Below, one piece after another: positions 12,669 through 24,081 of a stretch of 64,000 nucleotides of DNA; the first letter of the stretch is position 1, and each line of letters starts with the position of its first letter. A model generated the notes under the pieces. The model was not told the origin of the DNA and made no database searches. It saw nothing but the letters and a program-made list of their open reading frames with translations. Both the position numbers and the translations under genes were made by a program. This stretch comes from Eledone cirrhosa. Lineage: Eukaryota. The stretch is taken from the NCBI GenBank assembly GCA_964016885.1, contig OZ024743.1, positions 101,370,001-101,434,000 of the forward strand, in the 5' to 3' direction.

Positions 12669-14130
12669 TAGAACTTTAGTCTTAGACAAGTTAATTTTAA
12701 GGCCTTTTGATTCTAGGCCATGCTTCCATGTTTGGAATTTCTTCTCTAGTTCAGCCATTGATTCGGCTATGAGCGTTAGATCATCTGCATATAGAAGTTC
12801 CCATGGGCATCCGGTCTTGAACTCCTCTGTTATAGCCTGGAGGGCGATAATAAATAGGAGGGGGCTAAGGACGGAGCCCTGATGAACACCAACTTTTACG
12901 CTAAACTCTTCACTATATTCGTTGTTAATTCTAACCTTGTTGACTGTTTCTTTATACATGGCTTGTATAGCTCTCACAAGCCATTCATCAACACCTAGTT
13001 TTCTGAGAGCCCACCAGATAATGGGGCGTGGGACTGTCAAAGCCTTTCTCCAAGTCAACGAAAGCTAAGTATAGGGGTTTACTTTTAGCTAGGTACTTCT
13101 GTAGTTGCCGTACAATGAAAAGAGCATCTGTGGTACTTTTACCTGACACAAACCCGAACTGCATTTCATCTAGATCAATTCACTCTCTGATTAGTTGCGC
13201 TATTACTTTTTCTGTGACCTTCATGACCTGGTCAATTAATTTAATGCCTCTATAGTTTCCCCTATGTAGGGCATGTCCTTTACCTTTGTAGTAGTTAATG
13301 ATGATGCTGCTATGCCAGTCCTTTGGTACGACCCCATTCTGTATGACTTGGTTTACTATCCGGGTCACCATAGTGTGTCCCACCGTTCCAGATGCTTTCA
13401 GCATTTCAGCAACTATTTACACAGGCCCGGCCGCCTTGCCCGTCTTCATATCTTTGATTGCCTTACTTATTATACTACCTTCAATTGCACTGCTGGTCCC
13501 TCTATTGGATCGATGTGGGGGAGACTGTCTTTCTCCCATTTATTCTCCTCATTTAGTAGCCTTTCGTAGTGACACTTCCAAGCTACCTGCTTATCAGCGT
13601 CAGTGATGGCAAGTACACCATCTTTATTATGGACACACTTCTCCCCGACAATATCACGGTTTTCCTTGACACATTGCCTAGCAATCCTGAACACCTCACG
13701 TTTTTTGTCCTCGCGTTGTAGAACATGCTTGAACTTTCTTTCCTCTGATTCCCTTCTTGCGAAGTACACTTGTCTCCTAGTTTCCCTCCTGGCCACTTGA
13801 TAGTCTTCTCTACTTCCCCAATCCCGCCATACTTTCCAAGCCCGCTTTTTGGCCTTGATTGACTCCTCCACCTTACTGTTCCACCACCAACTTACTCTCC
13901 TCCTGCCTATAGGTCTGCTCCAGCCACAGATTTCATATGTCGCCTTCAGCAGGTTAGCTTTCAGGAATTCCCACTGTTCCTCTATATTGTACAACTCTAA
14001 TTGCTCTTCCTTACTGTCAAAAGCATCAAGTAATATGCTTTTAAATTTATTACTGGCTGTGGGGTCCTTTAGCTTCCATATTTTTCTCCTAAGGATAGTC
14101 GTTCTCTGTTGTCGAGTACGTCTCAAGCAA
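12669..14130 (-). mobile_element. RTE-clade LINE fragment (linker plus RT), degenerate
   Basis: ORFs 13470-14126, 13180-13404 and 12636-13058: SWWWN, NYRGIKL, GVHQGSVLSPLLF, LLYADD; ends abruptly at KTKVL. Confidence 0.92.
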
Positions 14131-14399
14131 GTGTTTTAACCCTTACCTCTTTATACTCTAAGGAGGCCGAGCCACATTCAGGTCATGACTCTTGAGTGTT
14201 TTTATGCTGATGTCTTTAAACCATTTGGCAACTGAAGACTTGTGTGTTGTGCACCTAAGCCTTATAAAGATCGTTTCTGTCACTCCTCGACCAGATTAAA
14301 CTGGAACGCCACTCTGCGACCCCAACTATTGCTTTAGGGCTTTGGTTCTCTTCTTTCTAAAGATTAAGGCATAACCCTCAACATAATATTACAAATAGA

Positions 14400-15030
14400 A
14401 AGAGAAAAAAAAAGAAAGAAAAAAAGAAAGAGAGAAAAACACACAAGTAGGTAATACACACATCTGGGACCACATAGAACAAAAGGCAGGTGAAAGGGGT
14501 GGACAAACTAACCGCTGCCAGAGCAAAAGATAACAATATCGCGAGGAGCACTGGGAAACCTCTCTAATAATATGTGAGGCAAGCCATCACGCTCGCAGCG
14601 TTACTCGGGTGATGGCGAGGCTGATACGTTGGAACAGACAAGCGCCCTCACGAGCATCACCAGTTACTTCGGTTAGGCGAGCCGCCAGTGAAGATAAGAA
14701 CCTCACTGTCAGTAGCCCGACTCCCCCAAACGTCTCGAACGCCACAGACTGGATAATGTAGTTAGCTGACAGAACACGGTATTTAAGGATTTTGTTCCGT
14801 TCGGCTGCGGAAGCTGTAGCTCTCGCCCTAACTGAAGCATCCAAGATGTGGGAAGAAGCAAAAGGGTCACTAACTGTGACATGCCAGATAAGACACCTGC
14901 CTCTTAACCAGGGGCACAGGGTAAGACCGTCAGGTCTTTTCCCATCAATTCTGGACAACTCAGATGGTTTCAAAATTGAGGGGATGTTTTACCGGGCCAA
15001 AGCCCTCTTGATGAGGTTTAGCTCAGTGTG
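14400..15030 (-). mobile_element. CRE-clade non-LTR retrotransposon 3' end (restriction-like endonuclease plus 3' UTR)
   Basis: DGKRPDGLTLCPW..G..LIW.VT...AE..K..KY...VAFETFG...QRISLAI motif set. Confidence 0.85.
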
Positions 15031-16278
15031 ATTAAGAATTGTTTCATGAAACTATAGTTAGATCTGCCTACAAACACTCTTGCTTCAACCTCTGTGGCAA
15101 GGTCTTTGGCCCGGAAGTCATGTTTTCACGAGCTGCTGGTTACACTGGTATCTACTTTCAGTCTCGTACCGTCATTTACTCTCTCACACAGTGTTTTTTG
15201 CTCTTTTATCATTAACTTGTTTCTATTTTACTGTTTTCTCTATTCCCCACTCCCCATCCTTCATACACATACACACATAAGCCAACAAGGAGCCCCTATT
15301 TGTCGTCCGACCTGCTAAAAATAGTAGTCATATCTCTCTAAAATCCTCACCCTATTGTCAAAAAAGGAAGGACACGTTAAATACTATAATATAACTGCAC
15401 AAAACCTTTATTCCACGCAGCTTGACATTTTTTGAGAATATCTAATCCTAATAAATTAGTATATAATTTAAATTAAATATTTTTTATTTCAATTCTTTTT
15501 TTAAAAACACTTTTACTGATGATGCCATTGGAATACGGCCTAGCTGGAGCACCACCTTTAACAGTTTTACTAAACTACGTCAACGCTAGTACTTAGATTG
15601 ATACTTAATTCAGTGATTATAGTTTATTGAATTATTTAAGTTTTACCAAAGTAACGTCCAATGAAAGAGTTACCTCCCTTCTGGAAATGTCCAATGAAAG
15701 AGTTACCTCCCTTCTGTAAATGTCCACACAATATTATTTTGTCTTGATGTATAACTCCCTCACACCTCGAATAACACCCGTATGTATTTGTACGACGTTT
15801 TTAGAAATTTAAATAATGGTGGAAGGTTTTTAGATAAATATAAACACTTTAAAACAAGTAATTTTGTATTATATGACTGGGAGCAGTTTCAGACAGTTTC
15901 ATATTAAAAGGGTTAAACATTACAGCTTCTGCAAAGACAAAATCTCACCTTCCAATCCCGTTCGCCTGTGGTTATTTTGATTTATTTTATCTTTTATTTC
16001 ATTTTTCAAAAAACTTCTTGAGGAGGAGATACAAATGAATTAGGAGTGAAGGCATGAGACCAGAAAGTGAGAAATAGAGACCATTCTAATAGCAATAGAA
16101 ACCACAGAGGGAGGAAACAGCACCTGTGTGGGTCTGAGGCATGGATGTGTCAGTGAATAATTTTATGCCAATCAATGAAGAATTTTGAGGGATTTGCTAA
16201 AATTATTATTTTCATTCCTAAGACAGAAACTTAACATCTGGTTATTATATGAAGTTATGTTGGAAAAATGTTATTTAA

Positions 16279-16495
16279 CCCTTTAGCATTTAAACCGGCC
16301 ATATCCGGCCAGAACTCTCCTCTTTCTGTTCAAATCAGCTGTAACTGGCTGTTCATACTTATGTTAAGGTATTCTTCTCAAAATAAATGATATCAAAATC
16401 TTGTAGATTTGATATTATGTGAGATAATTATGTGAAATAAAATGTTTACCGTGAAAATACAACAGTATATAGAGAGTAATATAAATGCTAAAGGG
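16279..16495. mobile_element. piggyBac-type MITE
   Basis: TTAA|CCCTTTAGCATTTA ... TAAATGCTAAAGGG|TTAA; a related inverted copy lies at 22822-23110. Confidence 0.85.
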
Positions 16496-16821
16496 TTAAA
16501 TACGAATCCTTTAAAATGAGTGATTTTGTTTCATAAAACCAGAGCCACTTTTAGCTGGATTCATAATGAAAGCATTAAGGGAAGTTCTATTCATTTAAAT
16601 CAATTGCAGTACTTGACTGATACTTAATTTCTTGTAACCCTGGAAGGAAGTCAAAGTTGCTCTTGTTAGTATTTGGACTTAAAATGTAAGGGCTGTAACT
16701 AATGATATTTTGACTGATGCTGCCAATTCTCAATGTAATAATTAAAAATGTTGTCAATCATTAAAACCGATGCTCTAAAAACTGCCAAATCACCTCCTTA
16801 TATGTGTGTGTCTACACACAT

Positions 16822-16849
<28 letters not shown>

Positions 16850-16856
<7 letters not shown>

Positions 16857-17062
16857 TTGAAATAACAGATTAAAGTTTAAGCAAAGAATCGCTGCTTTCA
16901 CCCTTAACAGGATCTTCTGAAACTAACAAAGTCAATCTGTAACGTTTTTTGAAATATCCAGTTCTGCGTTTACAGATTGACTTTGTTAGTTTCAGAAGAT
17001 CCCGTTAAGGGTGAAAGCAGCGATTCTTTGCTTAAACTTTAATCTGTTACTTTAATAAATAT
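16850..17062. repeat. Fold-back palindrome (about 93-bp arms, 27-nt spacer), probably Penelope pseudo-LTR derived
   Basis: Arms 16850-16942 and 16970-17062; the right arm continues to GGATTTTAGTCTTCA, an end shared with 11570-11590 and 20489-20505. Confidence 0.85.
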
Positions 17063-17144
17063 TTGCTCTTCGGTTCTTATATATTTGATATATATTTTCC
17101 TTATCGAGCCCTCTCTGGATTTTAGTCTTCAATTTTATTATTAT

Positions 17145-17180
<36 letters not shown>

Positions 17181-17220
17181 AAACAAAAAATCAGTGATGC
17201 ATCTGAACTCAATTTATTGT

Positions 17221-17258
17221 GTGTTACAATTGTTTCGCTGGCGGACAGCTCGAGACAC
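17221..17258 (-). ncRNA. Degenerate hammerhead ribozyme (2-nt core deletion)
   Basis: GTGT-CT[GA]CGA-GCTG/CAGC-GAAA-CAATTG-TA-ACAC then AATAAA; all stems are intact but the core reads CTCGA. Confidence 0.5.
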
Positions 17259-17509
17259 GATCATTGTGTGGATCTGTCTGAGTCTGGATCTGCAGGTTCG
17301 ACGGACACGTCTAATGATTTCAGAGTAAATTCTTTCACTGGCGTGTTACCGTCAAAAACATCATCCTCTTCGCACGTCCTGTTATTGGCCACTGGTTGTC
17401 TACGTCATCATAATTCTGACCACAGGTATCGTTCAGTTGACCATCAGCTGTCCCATGTCTGCCACACCTCAATGAATTACTGCTGGGGTTGGTAGTTCAC
17501 ACGTCCATG

Positions 17510-17862
17510 CGCGCACTCACACACACATACATACACGCACACACACACACAATCACATAGATAACGACAGTCGTACGCATAGACTCCCGCTATACACACA
17601 CATTTAAGGAGAACATATAAACCTATAAACATACGCATACACACACGCATGCCTACATGCCTATATACATCAACACACGCACACACACAGGCGCACACAC
17701 ATGCATACGCGTATATATACCCGTACACACAAACAGGGACAGGCATATACATAGACTCCCCCTTCTTTTTCCCCCATGCACACACACATACACACACATA
17801 TCCATATATACAGGCACAGATACACACTCGCTCACAAACACACACATATATATATATATACA
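17510..17862. repeat. (CA/TA)n compound microsatellite
   Basis: Dinucleotide-rich tract. Confidence 0.85.
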
Positions 17863-18017
17863 TAAGCCCTTTCCCTACAGTGGGAATCATATCTGGAATC
17901 ATATGATTCCAGTTCCTCAGAGAAATAACAACCCAACCAGGAGCTGGACATATCGGAGTATTGACGGAGTAAAACACTTTAACAACATGTGTACCTGTCT
18001 CTACCACACCAATTCGG

Positions 18018-18072
18018 GCTGCCTGAAGAGGTCACAGCCAATGATGGCTGTCACCGAAATATATATAGCAGT
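18018..18072 (+). ncRNA. Type I minimal hammerhead ribozyme with intact core
   Basis: GCTGC-CTGAAGA-GGTCACAGCCA(ATGA)TGGCTGTCACC-GAAA-TATATA-TA-GCAGT; predicted cleavage after 18067; AATAAA at 18081. Confidence 0.82.
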
Positions 18073-18236
18073 ACATTCTTAATAAACGAAGCCAAATTTA
18101 AAATATTTGACTTAATTACTTTATTTTACATTACTTCGGAGTAACCAAACCAACCTGCGTACTTCGTCGAGTGCTCCAAACTGCATACTGCGGTGTCGGT
18201 AAACAACCAACATATACTCAAAATTTATATATATAT

Positions 18237-19506
18237 ATTATCTGGTGGGCGCTTAGAAAACTAGGTGTTGATGAATGGCTTGTGAGAGCTATACAAGCCA
18301 TGTATAAAGAAACAGTCAGCAAGGTTAGAATTAACAACGAATATAGTGAAGAGTTTAGCGTAAAAGTTGGTGTTCATCAGGGCTCCGTTCTTAGCCCCCT
18401 ACTATTTATTATTGCCCTTCAGGCTATAACAGAGAAGTTCAAGACCGGCTGCCCATGGGAACTCCTATATGCAGATAATCAAACGCTCGTAGCTGAATCA
18501 ATGGCTGAACTAGAGAAGAAATTCCAAACATGGAAGCATGGCCTAGAATCAAAGGGCCTTAAAGTTAACTTGTCTAAGACTAAAGTTCTAGTTTGTAGGA
18601 AGGAAAATAGGGCACTGGTCCCATCTGGGAAATGGCCATGCTCAGTGTGTAGGAAAGGAGTAGGCAGAAACTCCATTTTATGTCCCAAATGCAAAGTATG
18701 GGTACATAAAAGATGTAGTGGGATCACAGGTAAGTTAACTAAGAATAAAGATTTTATATGTGGCCGGTGCTCTGGTGCAATAAGTAGCAGCAAGTGCCCA
18801 CAGAATACTAGCTCATTCCATTGCACAGGTGGTACTATAGAAATAGTGGACACCTTCCGTTACCTGGGTGACAAAATCAGCAGTGGGGGAGGGTGCTCTG
18901 AAAGTACAGTAGCTAGAGTCAGAACGGGATGGAAAAAGTTCAGAGAGCTTATACCACTATTGGCTGCTAAAGGGTTCTCTCTAAAAATGAAAGGCAGGCT
19001 GTATGATGCCTGCATACGAATGCAATGTTACATGGCAGTGAGACCTGGACATTGTGTGCAGAGGATATACGCAGACTGGAGAGAAACGAAGCTTGCATGC
19101 TCCGCTGGATGTGTAATAGTAATATACGTGAACGGCAAAGCATAAACGAACTAAGGGAGAAATTAGGAATAAGAGGGATCAGATGTTATTTACTCGAGAG
19201 AAGACTACATTGGTATGGTCACGTGATGCGCATGAAAGACGACTGTATAAAAAAGTGCAAGGCGATAAAAATAGACGGTAGCCACGGAGTAGGCAGACCC
19301 AGAAAAACCTGGGACGACCTGATAAATTCCGACCTCACACACTTACACCTCTCCAAGACAATGTCACTGGACCGAGATCTTTGGCGCTACACAGTCATAC
19401 AGAAGACCCGCCTTGCCTAAGTACAAAGCAAAACCTACAGTCAGTAGGCACCTCTAACAAAATACACCCCCCGTGGAAGATGGACGTTAAACGATGATGA
19501 TGATGA
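18237..19506 (+). mobile_element. 5'-truncated RTE LINE (RT, PHD-like finger, C-terminus, (GAT)n tail)
   Basis: ORFs 18171-19145 and 19025-19420: HGSETW, RRLHWYGHV, GRPRKTW; tail GGACGTTAAACGATGATGATGATG. Confidence 0.93.
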
Positions 19507-19934
19507 AGATATCCAAAATTAAAATTAAGGGTTGTCATGTCTGAGAGACATGCGCCATATCCACTGTAGAATAAGCTCAAAGATTAGATCCAAGCATTAC
19601 ATATCAACTAGAAATAGATTGACATATATATATATATAAAATAAACATATGAAACAAGCACAGGGAATAATTTGTAAAGAATGTAAGCACACATAGCTAG
19701 GTAGGTAACTAATTAAAGTTTAACTAGAACTTCAAATATAGATACCTTTTAATATGATTAATCTCCTTTGTATATATTTCTTTAAGTAAGAAATATATTT
19801 CACCTATTAATCCTATTAGTATATATATATACTCTGTGAAGTACTTGGTGTTAGAAAGGACTTTCAGTTGTTGAAACCATGTCAAAAAGGGTTCGGAGAA
19901 CCCTTCTATCATAACACAGCTTCCTTTCTAATGC

Positions 19935-20187
19935 TGGTGCCATGAAAGATGTATCTAGTACACCTGTAAAGTGGTTGGGAATAGGAAGGATATCCAGCTG
20001 TAGAAAAAGGGTTGAAAGGACTCTTCAGTTGTGTCAAAGACCCAATGTGGGAACATATGCAAGCATGATGTAGGTACCACACCGTTTGAGAGGTCAGTAG
20101 CTCTGATTTAGTACTGACTTGGACTGTGACGATCTGTCCAACAATTGCTAGTAGGAAAAACAGATATTAAATGAGGATGATGATGGT
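19935..20187 (+). mobile_element. Degenerate SINE with RTE-like tail
   Basis: GTAAAGTGGTTGG..AGGAAGG..ATCCAGCTGTAGAAA body and ..TTAAATGAGGATGATGATG tail. Confidence 0.55.
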
Positions 20188-20318
20188 GAAGTGTCACACA
20201 CATGGATATACTCAAACACACAGGAACTCACACACATAGACACACACTCATGCACGTACACACACACATGGTGTATCCAATTGAAACACATCTTCAATCT
20301 ATTCTATTTCTCATTCTT

Positions 20319-20354
20319 TCTTCTGATGAAGGACTAGCGTCTGAAACGCTAAGA
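20319..20354 (+). ncRNA. Degenerate minimal hammerhead motif
   Basis: TCTT-CTGATGA-AGGAC(TAGC)GTCT-GAAA-CG-CT-AAGA; the conserved U16.1 is replaced by C. Confidence 0.45.
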
Positions 20355-20439
20355 CCCTCTTCCTGCTATTTCAAGCGTTAACCTAATATATTCCTTCCAT
20401 ATTCTGTACTGATTGAGTTGTTATTTTTGTTTACCTTTT

Positions 20440-20473
<34 letters not shown>

Positions 20474-20504
20474 TAATAATAATAAATTTGAAGACTAAAA
20501 TCCG

Positions 20505-21030
20505 AACAACACAGAAGCAGGTAATACATACATCTAGGACCACATACAACACATAACCAGGTAATACACACAAGTAGGACCACATACAACACATAACCAG
20601 GTAATACACACATCTAGGACCATACACAACACACAAGCAGGTAATACACACATCTAGGACTACATACAACACACAAGCAGGTAATACACACATCTAGGAC
20701 CACATACAACACACACGCAGGTAATACACACATCTAGGACCACATACAACACACAAGCAGGTAATACACACATCTAGGACCACATACAACACATAAACAG
20801 GTAAAACATACATCTAGGATGACATACAACACACAAGCGGGTAATGCATACATCTAGGACTACATACAACACACAAGCAGGTAATACATACATCTAGGAC
20901 CAGATACGACACATAACCAGGTAATATATACATCTAAGACTACATACAACACACAAGCAGGTAATACATACATCCAGAACCACATACGACACATAACCAG
21001 GTAATATATACATCTAGAACCACATACAAC
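20505..21030. repeat. 40-bp minisatellite (about 13 copies) derived from the CRE 3' UTR
   Basis: Unit ACAACACACAAGCAGGTAATACACACATCTAGGACCACAT; present once at about 14438-14480. Confidence 0.92.
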
Positions 21031-21315
21031 AACAGGCAGGCGAAAGGGGTGGACAAACGAGCTGCTACTAGAGCAAAAGATAACAGTATCGTGAGGAGCA
21101 CTGGGAAACCTCTGTAATGATTTTTGAGGCAAGCCAGCACATCTGCAGCGTTACCTCGGGCGATGGCGAGGCTGAGGAGCTGGAACAACCAAGCACCCTC
21201 ACGAGCTTCACCAGTCACCTCTGTTAGACGAGCCGCTAGTGAAGGTAGGAATTTTGTAGTCAGTAGCCCGACTCCCCCAAACGCCACAGGCTGGAAAATG
21301 TAGTTGGCTGACAGA
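21030..21315 (-). mobile_element. CRE-clade LINE 3' end (second copy)
   Basis: LSANYIFQPVAF..GGVG...AREGAWLFQLLSLAIARGNAA; homologous to 14480-14775. Confidence 0.85.
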
Positions 21316-21443
21316 TCACAGTCTAACTTAACAGTCAAAGATATTCTGTCTAAAAGAGGGGCGTGCAACAGGCGGCCCACAGGCCACAATCAAGCCCACC
21401 AGACCATTATTTAGAATTTTTTCCATACCTGCAATAATTCTGA

Positions 21444-22362
21444 TAGTTGACCTATACTAAAGGGCTTCACTGATAGCGTTATGTGTTATAATTCCCCAGT
21501 TGACATATACTAAAGGGCTTCACTGATAGGGTTATATATGTTATAATTTCCCAGTTGACTTATACTAAAGGACTTCACTGATAGGGTTATATATGTTATA
21601 ATTCCCCAGTTGACCAATACTAAAGGGCTTCACTGATAGGGTTATATATGTTATAATTTCCCAGTTGACTTATACTAAAGGGCTTCACTGATAGGGTTAT
21701 ATATGTTATAATTTCCCAGTTGACCTATACTAAAGGGCTTCACTGATAGGGTTATATGTGTTATAATTTCCCAGTTAACCTATATTAAAGGGCTTCACTG
21801 ATAGGGTTATATGTTATAATTTCCCAGTTGACCTATACTAAAGGACTTCACTGACAGGGTTATGTGTGTTATAATTTCCCAGTTGACCTATACTAAAGGA
21901 CTTCACTGATAGGGTTATATGTTATAATTTCCCAGTTGACCTATACTAAAGGGCTTCACTGTTAGGGTTATATGTTATAATTCCCCAGTTAACCTATACT
22001 AAAGGGCTTCAATGATAGGGTTATATGTGTTATAATTTCCCAGTTGACATATACTAAAGGGCTTCACTGATAGGGTTATAATTTCCCAGTTGACCTATAT
22101 TAAAGGGCTTCACTGATAGGGTTATATATGTTATAATTTCCCAGTTGACCTATACTAAAGGACTTCACTGATAGGGTTATATGTGTTATAATTTCCCAGT
22201 TGACCTATACTAAAGGGCTTCACTGATAGGGTTATATATGTTATAATTTCCCAGTTGACCTATACTAAAGGGCTTCACTGATAGAGTTATATATTTTATA
22301 ATTTCCCAGTTGACCTATACTAAAGGGCTTCACTGATAGGGTTATGTGTGTTATAATTTCCC
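21444..22362. repeat. 55-bp (53-55) minisatellite, about 17 copies
   Basis: Unit TATAATTTCCCAGTTGACCTATACTAAAGGGCTTCACTGATAGGGTTATATATGT. Confidence 0.95.
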
Positions 22363-22509
22363 CGTTCCATGTTATGGAAAGAAGTTGTGGTGAATCTTTG
22401 GAATAGAGCTTAATAAATATTAATGGCCCTAATAGTTGTTCCAATGTTCAAACGTGGCCTGCCAATGGAACATGTCGCACACCCCTGAACTAAAGGAATA
22501 TAGTCTAAT

Positions 22510-22815
22510 GCAAAGTGGGCGTTACCATTCTCAGGCCCCCGGGGATTGTTGAAAAGGTCCAGGGGGCTGCTAGAGATGATATAATATATTAAATATCAAA
22601 TGATACATATTATATAAAAATATAGTAAAATAAAAAAATATATATTGACTTATACATAGTATATATTATATTATTTATTATATATAAGTTAATGATTTTA
22701 TTTATTGTATATTATTTGCATGTAGGTAGGTCTGCCTAGAAATAGGATTGGGGGAAGCTGATGGTATTTTGTGGCCATGAGAGGGGCAGTGGTCCCAAAA
22801 GGTTGAGAACCTCTG
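22510..22815. mobile_element. hAT-like MITE remnant
   Basis: Right terminus GGTTGAGAACCTCTG (reverse complement CAGAGGTTCTCAACC, hAT-type); left TIR degenerate. Confidence 0.45.
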
Positions 22816-22821
22816 GTTTAA

Positions 22822-23110
22822 CCCTTTAGTATTTACATTATTCTATATATACTATTGTATTTTCATGGTAAAGGCTTTACCTCACATAATATCTCACATA
22901 ATATTTACATTACTCTATATATACTATTGCATTTTCACAGTAAAGGCTTTACCTCACATACCTCACATAATATCAAATCTATGAGATTTTGATATTATTT
23001 ATTTTTATAACAATACCTTAATATATGTATAAGCAGTCGGTTACAGCCAGTTTGAAGAGAAAGAGGTGAGAGAATTCTGGCTGGATACGGCTGGTTTAAA
23101 TGCTAAAGGG
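22822..23110. mobile_element. piggyBac-type MITE with an internal duplication
   Basis: TTAA|CCCTTTAGTATTTA...TAAATGCTAAAGGG|TTAA; inverted homolog of 16279-16495. Confidence 0.85.
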
Positions 23111-23686
23111 TTAATCTTCCAACAGTCTGCCACAGATATCCCTGTGATATCCAATAGTCTGTGAAATCCCTGTGATATTCAACAGTCTGTGATATCCCTG
23201 TGAAGTTATAATATTCTGGAGATTCAACTGAATGTCAGTGTCAACCTTGACCAAAGGAAAGCAACATTATTGTCCAACACAATGCTATAGAAAAATAGAT
23301 GTTGATAATTATAATAAGGATCTTAATAGAGTTTCCTTACTCTCTACCAACACCACCCCTCATCTCATTCAACACCACTCCACATCTCATTCAACACCCT
23401 ACCTCATCTCATTCACCAAAATATCAAAATTCAATTGTCTGTTATTTTTAATAGTTTTTTTACTTTTATCATAGGTTTATTTTCATTTTTACATTTATTT
23501 TTTCCAAATATATTTTTTATTAAATTTTGATTAAATTTCTTTGTAATTTTTTTATTGTTGTTTGAGAAATAAAAATTGAAAAGGAGAGAAAATTGGGCTT
23601 CTACCATAAACTCTATCTTCTAAAAACTGTTTCCTTGCTTCCATGGTTTTTTTTCTTCTTTTTTCTTAATGTCAGGAAGAGAATAT

Positions 23687-24081
23687 ACTCTGAGCACCTT
23701 TTTTAATTCCATGTGGCTAACACGCGTGGGCATGCCAACAAAATCAAAAAACAGCACAGCTCCCATGTCTTTCGCAAACATTTTTTCATGTTCAGAGTTG
23801 CTGAAGCATGGAACAAACTATCTGCTTCAGTTATTAGCTGTCGGCACACTGCATCCTTTAAAACTTCCATTCTTCCCTAGGCATGGATACATTGAAGCTC
23901 CGACATCTGGCAACTGACTTGGTAAACACCCACAAGATTATTACCCATATTGCCAACAACAACCCTGAACACCTTTTTTAATTCCATCTGTCTAACACCT
24001 GTGGACACGCCTACAAAGTCAGAAAACAAAACAGCTCCCCGGACGTTCGGAAATATTTTTTCATGCTCAGGGTTGCTGAAT
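23687..24081 (+). mobile_element. CR1-like LINE ORF2 C-terminus, two head-to-tail pieces, running directly into the satellite
   Basis: NTRGHANKIKKQ...RKHFFMFRVAEAWNKLSASV (23687-23876) and LGMDTLKLRHLATDLVNTHKII...GHAYKVRK...FFMLRVAE (23877-24081); CR1 signature TRGH..K...FF..RV...WN.LP. Confidence 0.85.

Noticed and set aside
15514-15545. CTGATGA hammerhead start (also at 11492 and 63134)
   Set aside because: No properly placed GAAA/UH or stems.
15655-15725. 33-bp duplication, and a 28-bp triplet at 23115-23205
   Set aside because: Ordinary short local tandem duplications.
17477-18082. ORFs rich in VC/HT
   Set aside because: CA/TA microsatellite translations.
19724-19912. Possible minus-strand exon EGFSEPFLTWFQQ
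   Set aside because: The plus strand matches a degenerate SINE body (TTGGTGTTAG..AGG..CAG.TGT.GAAACCATG).
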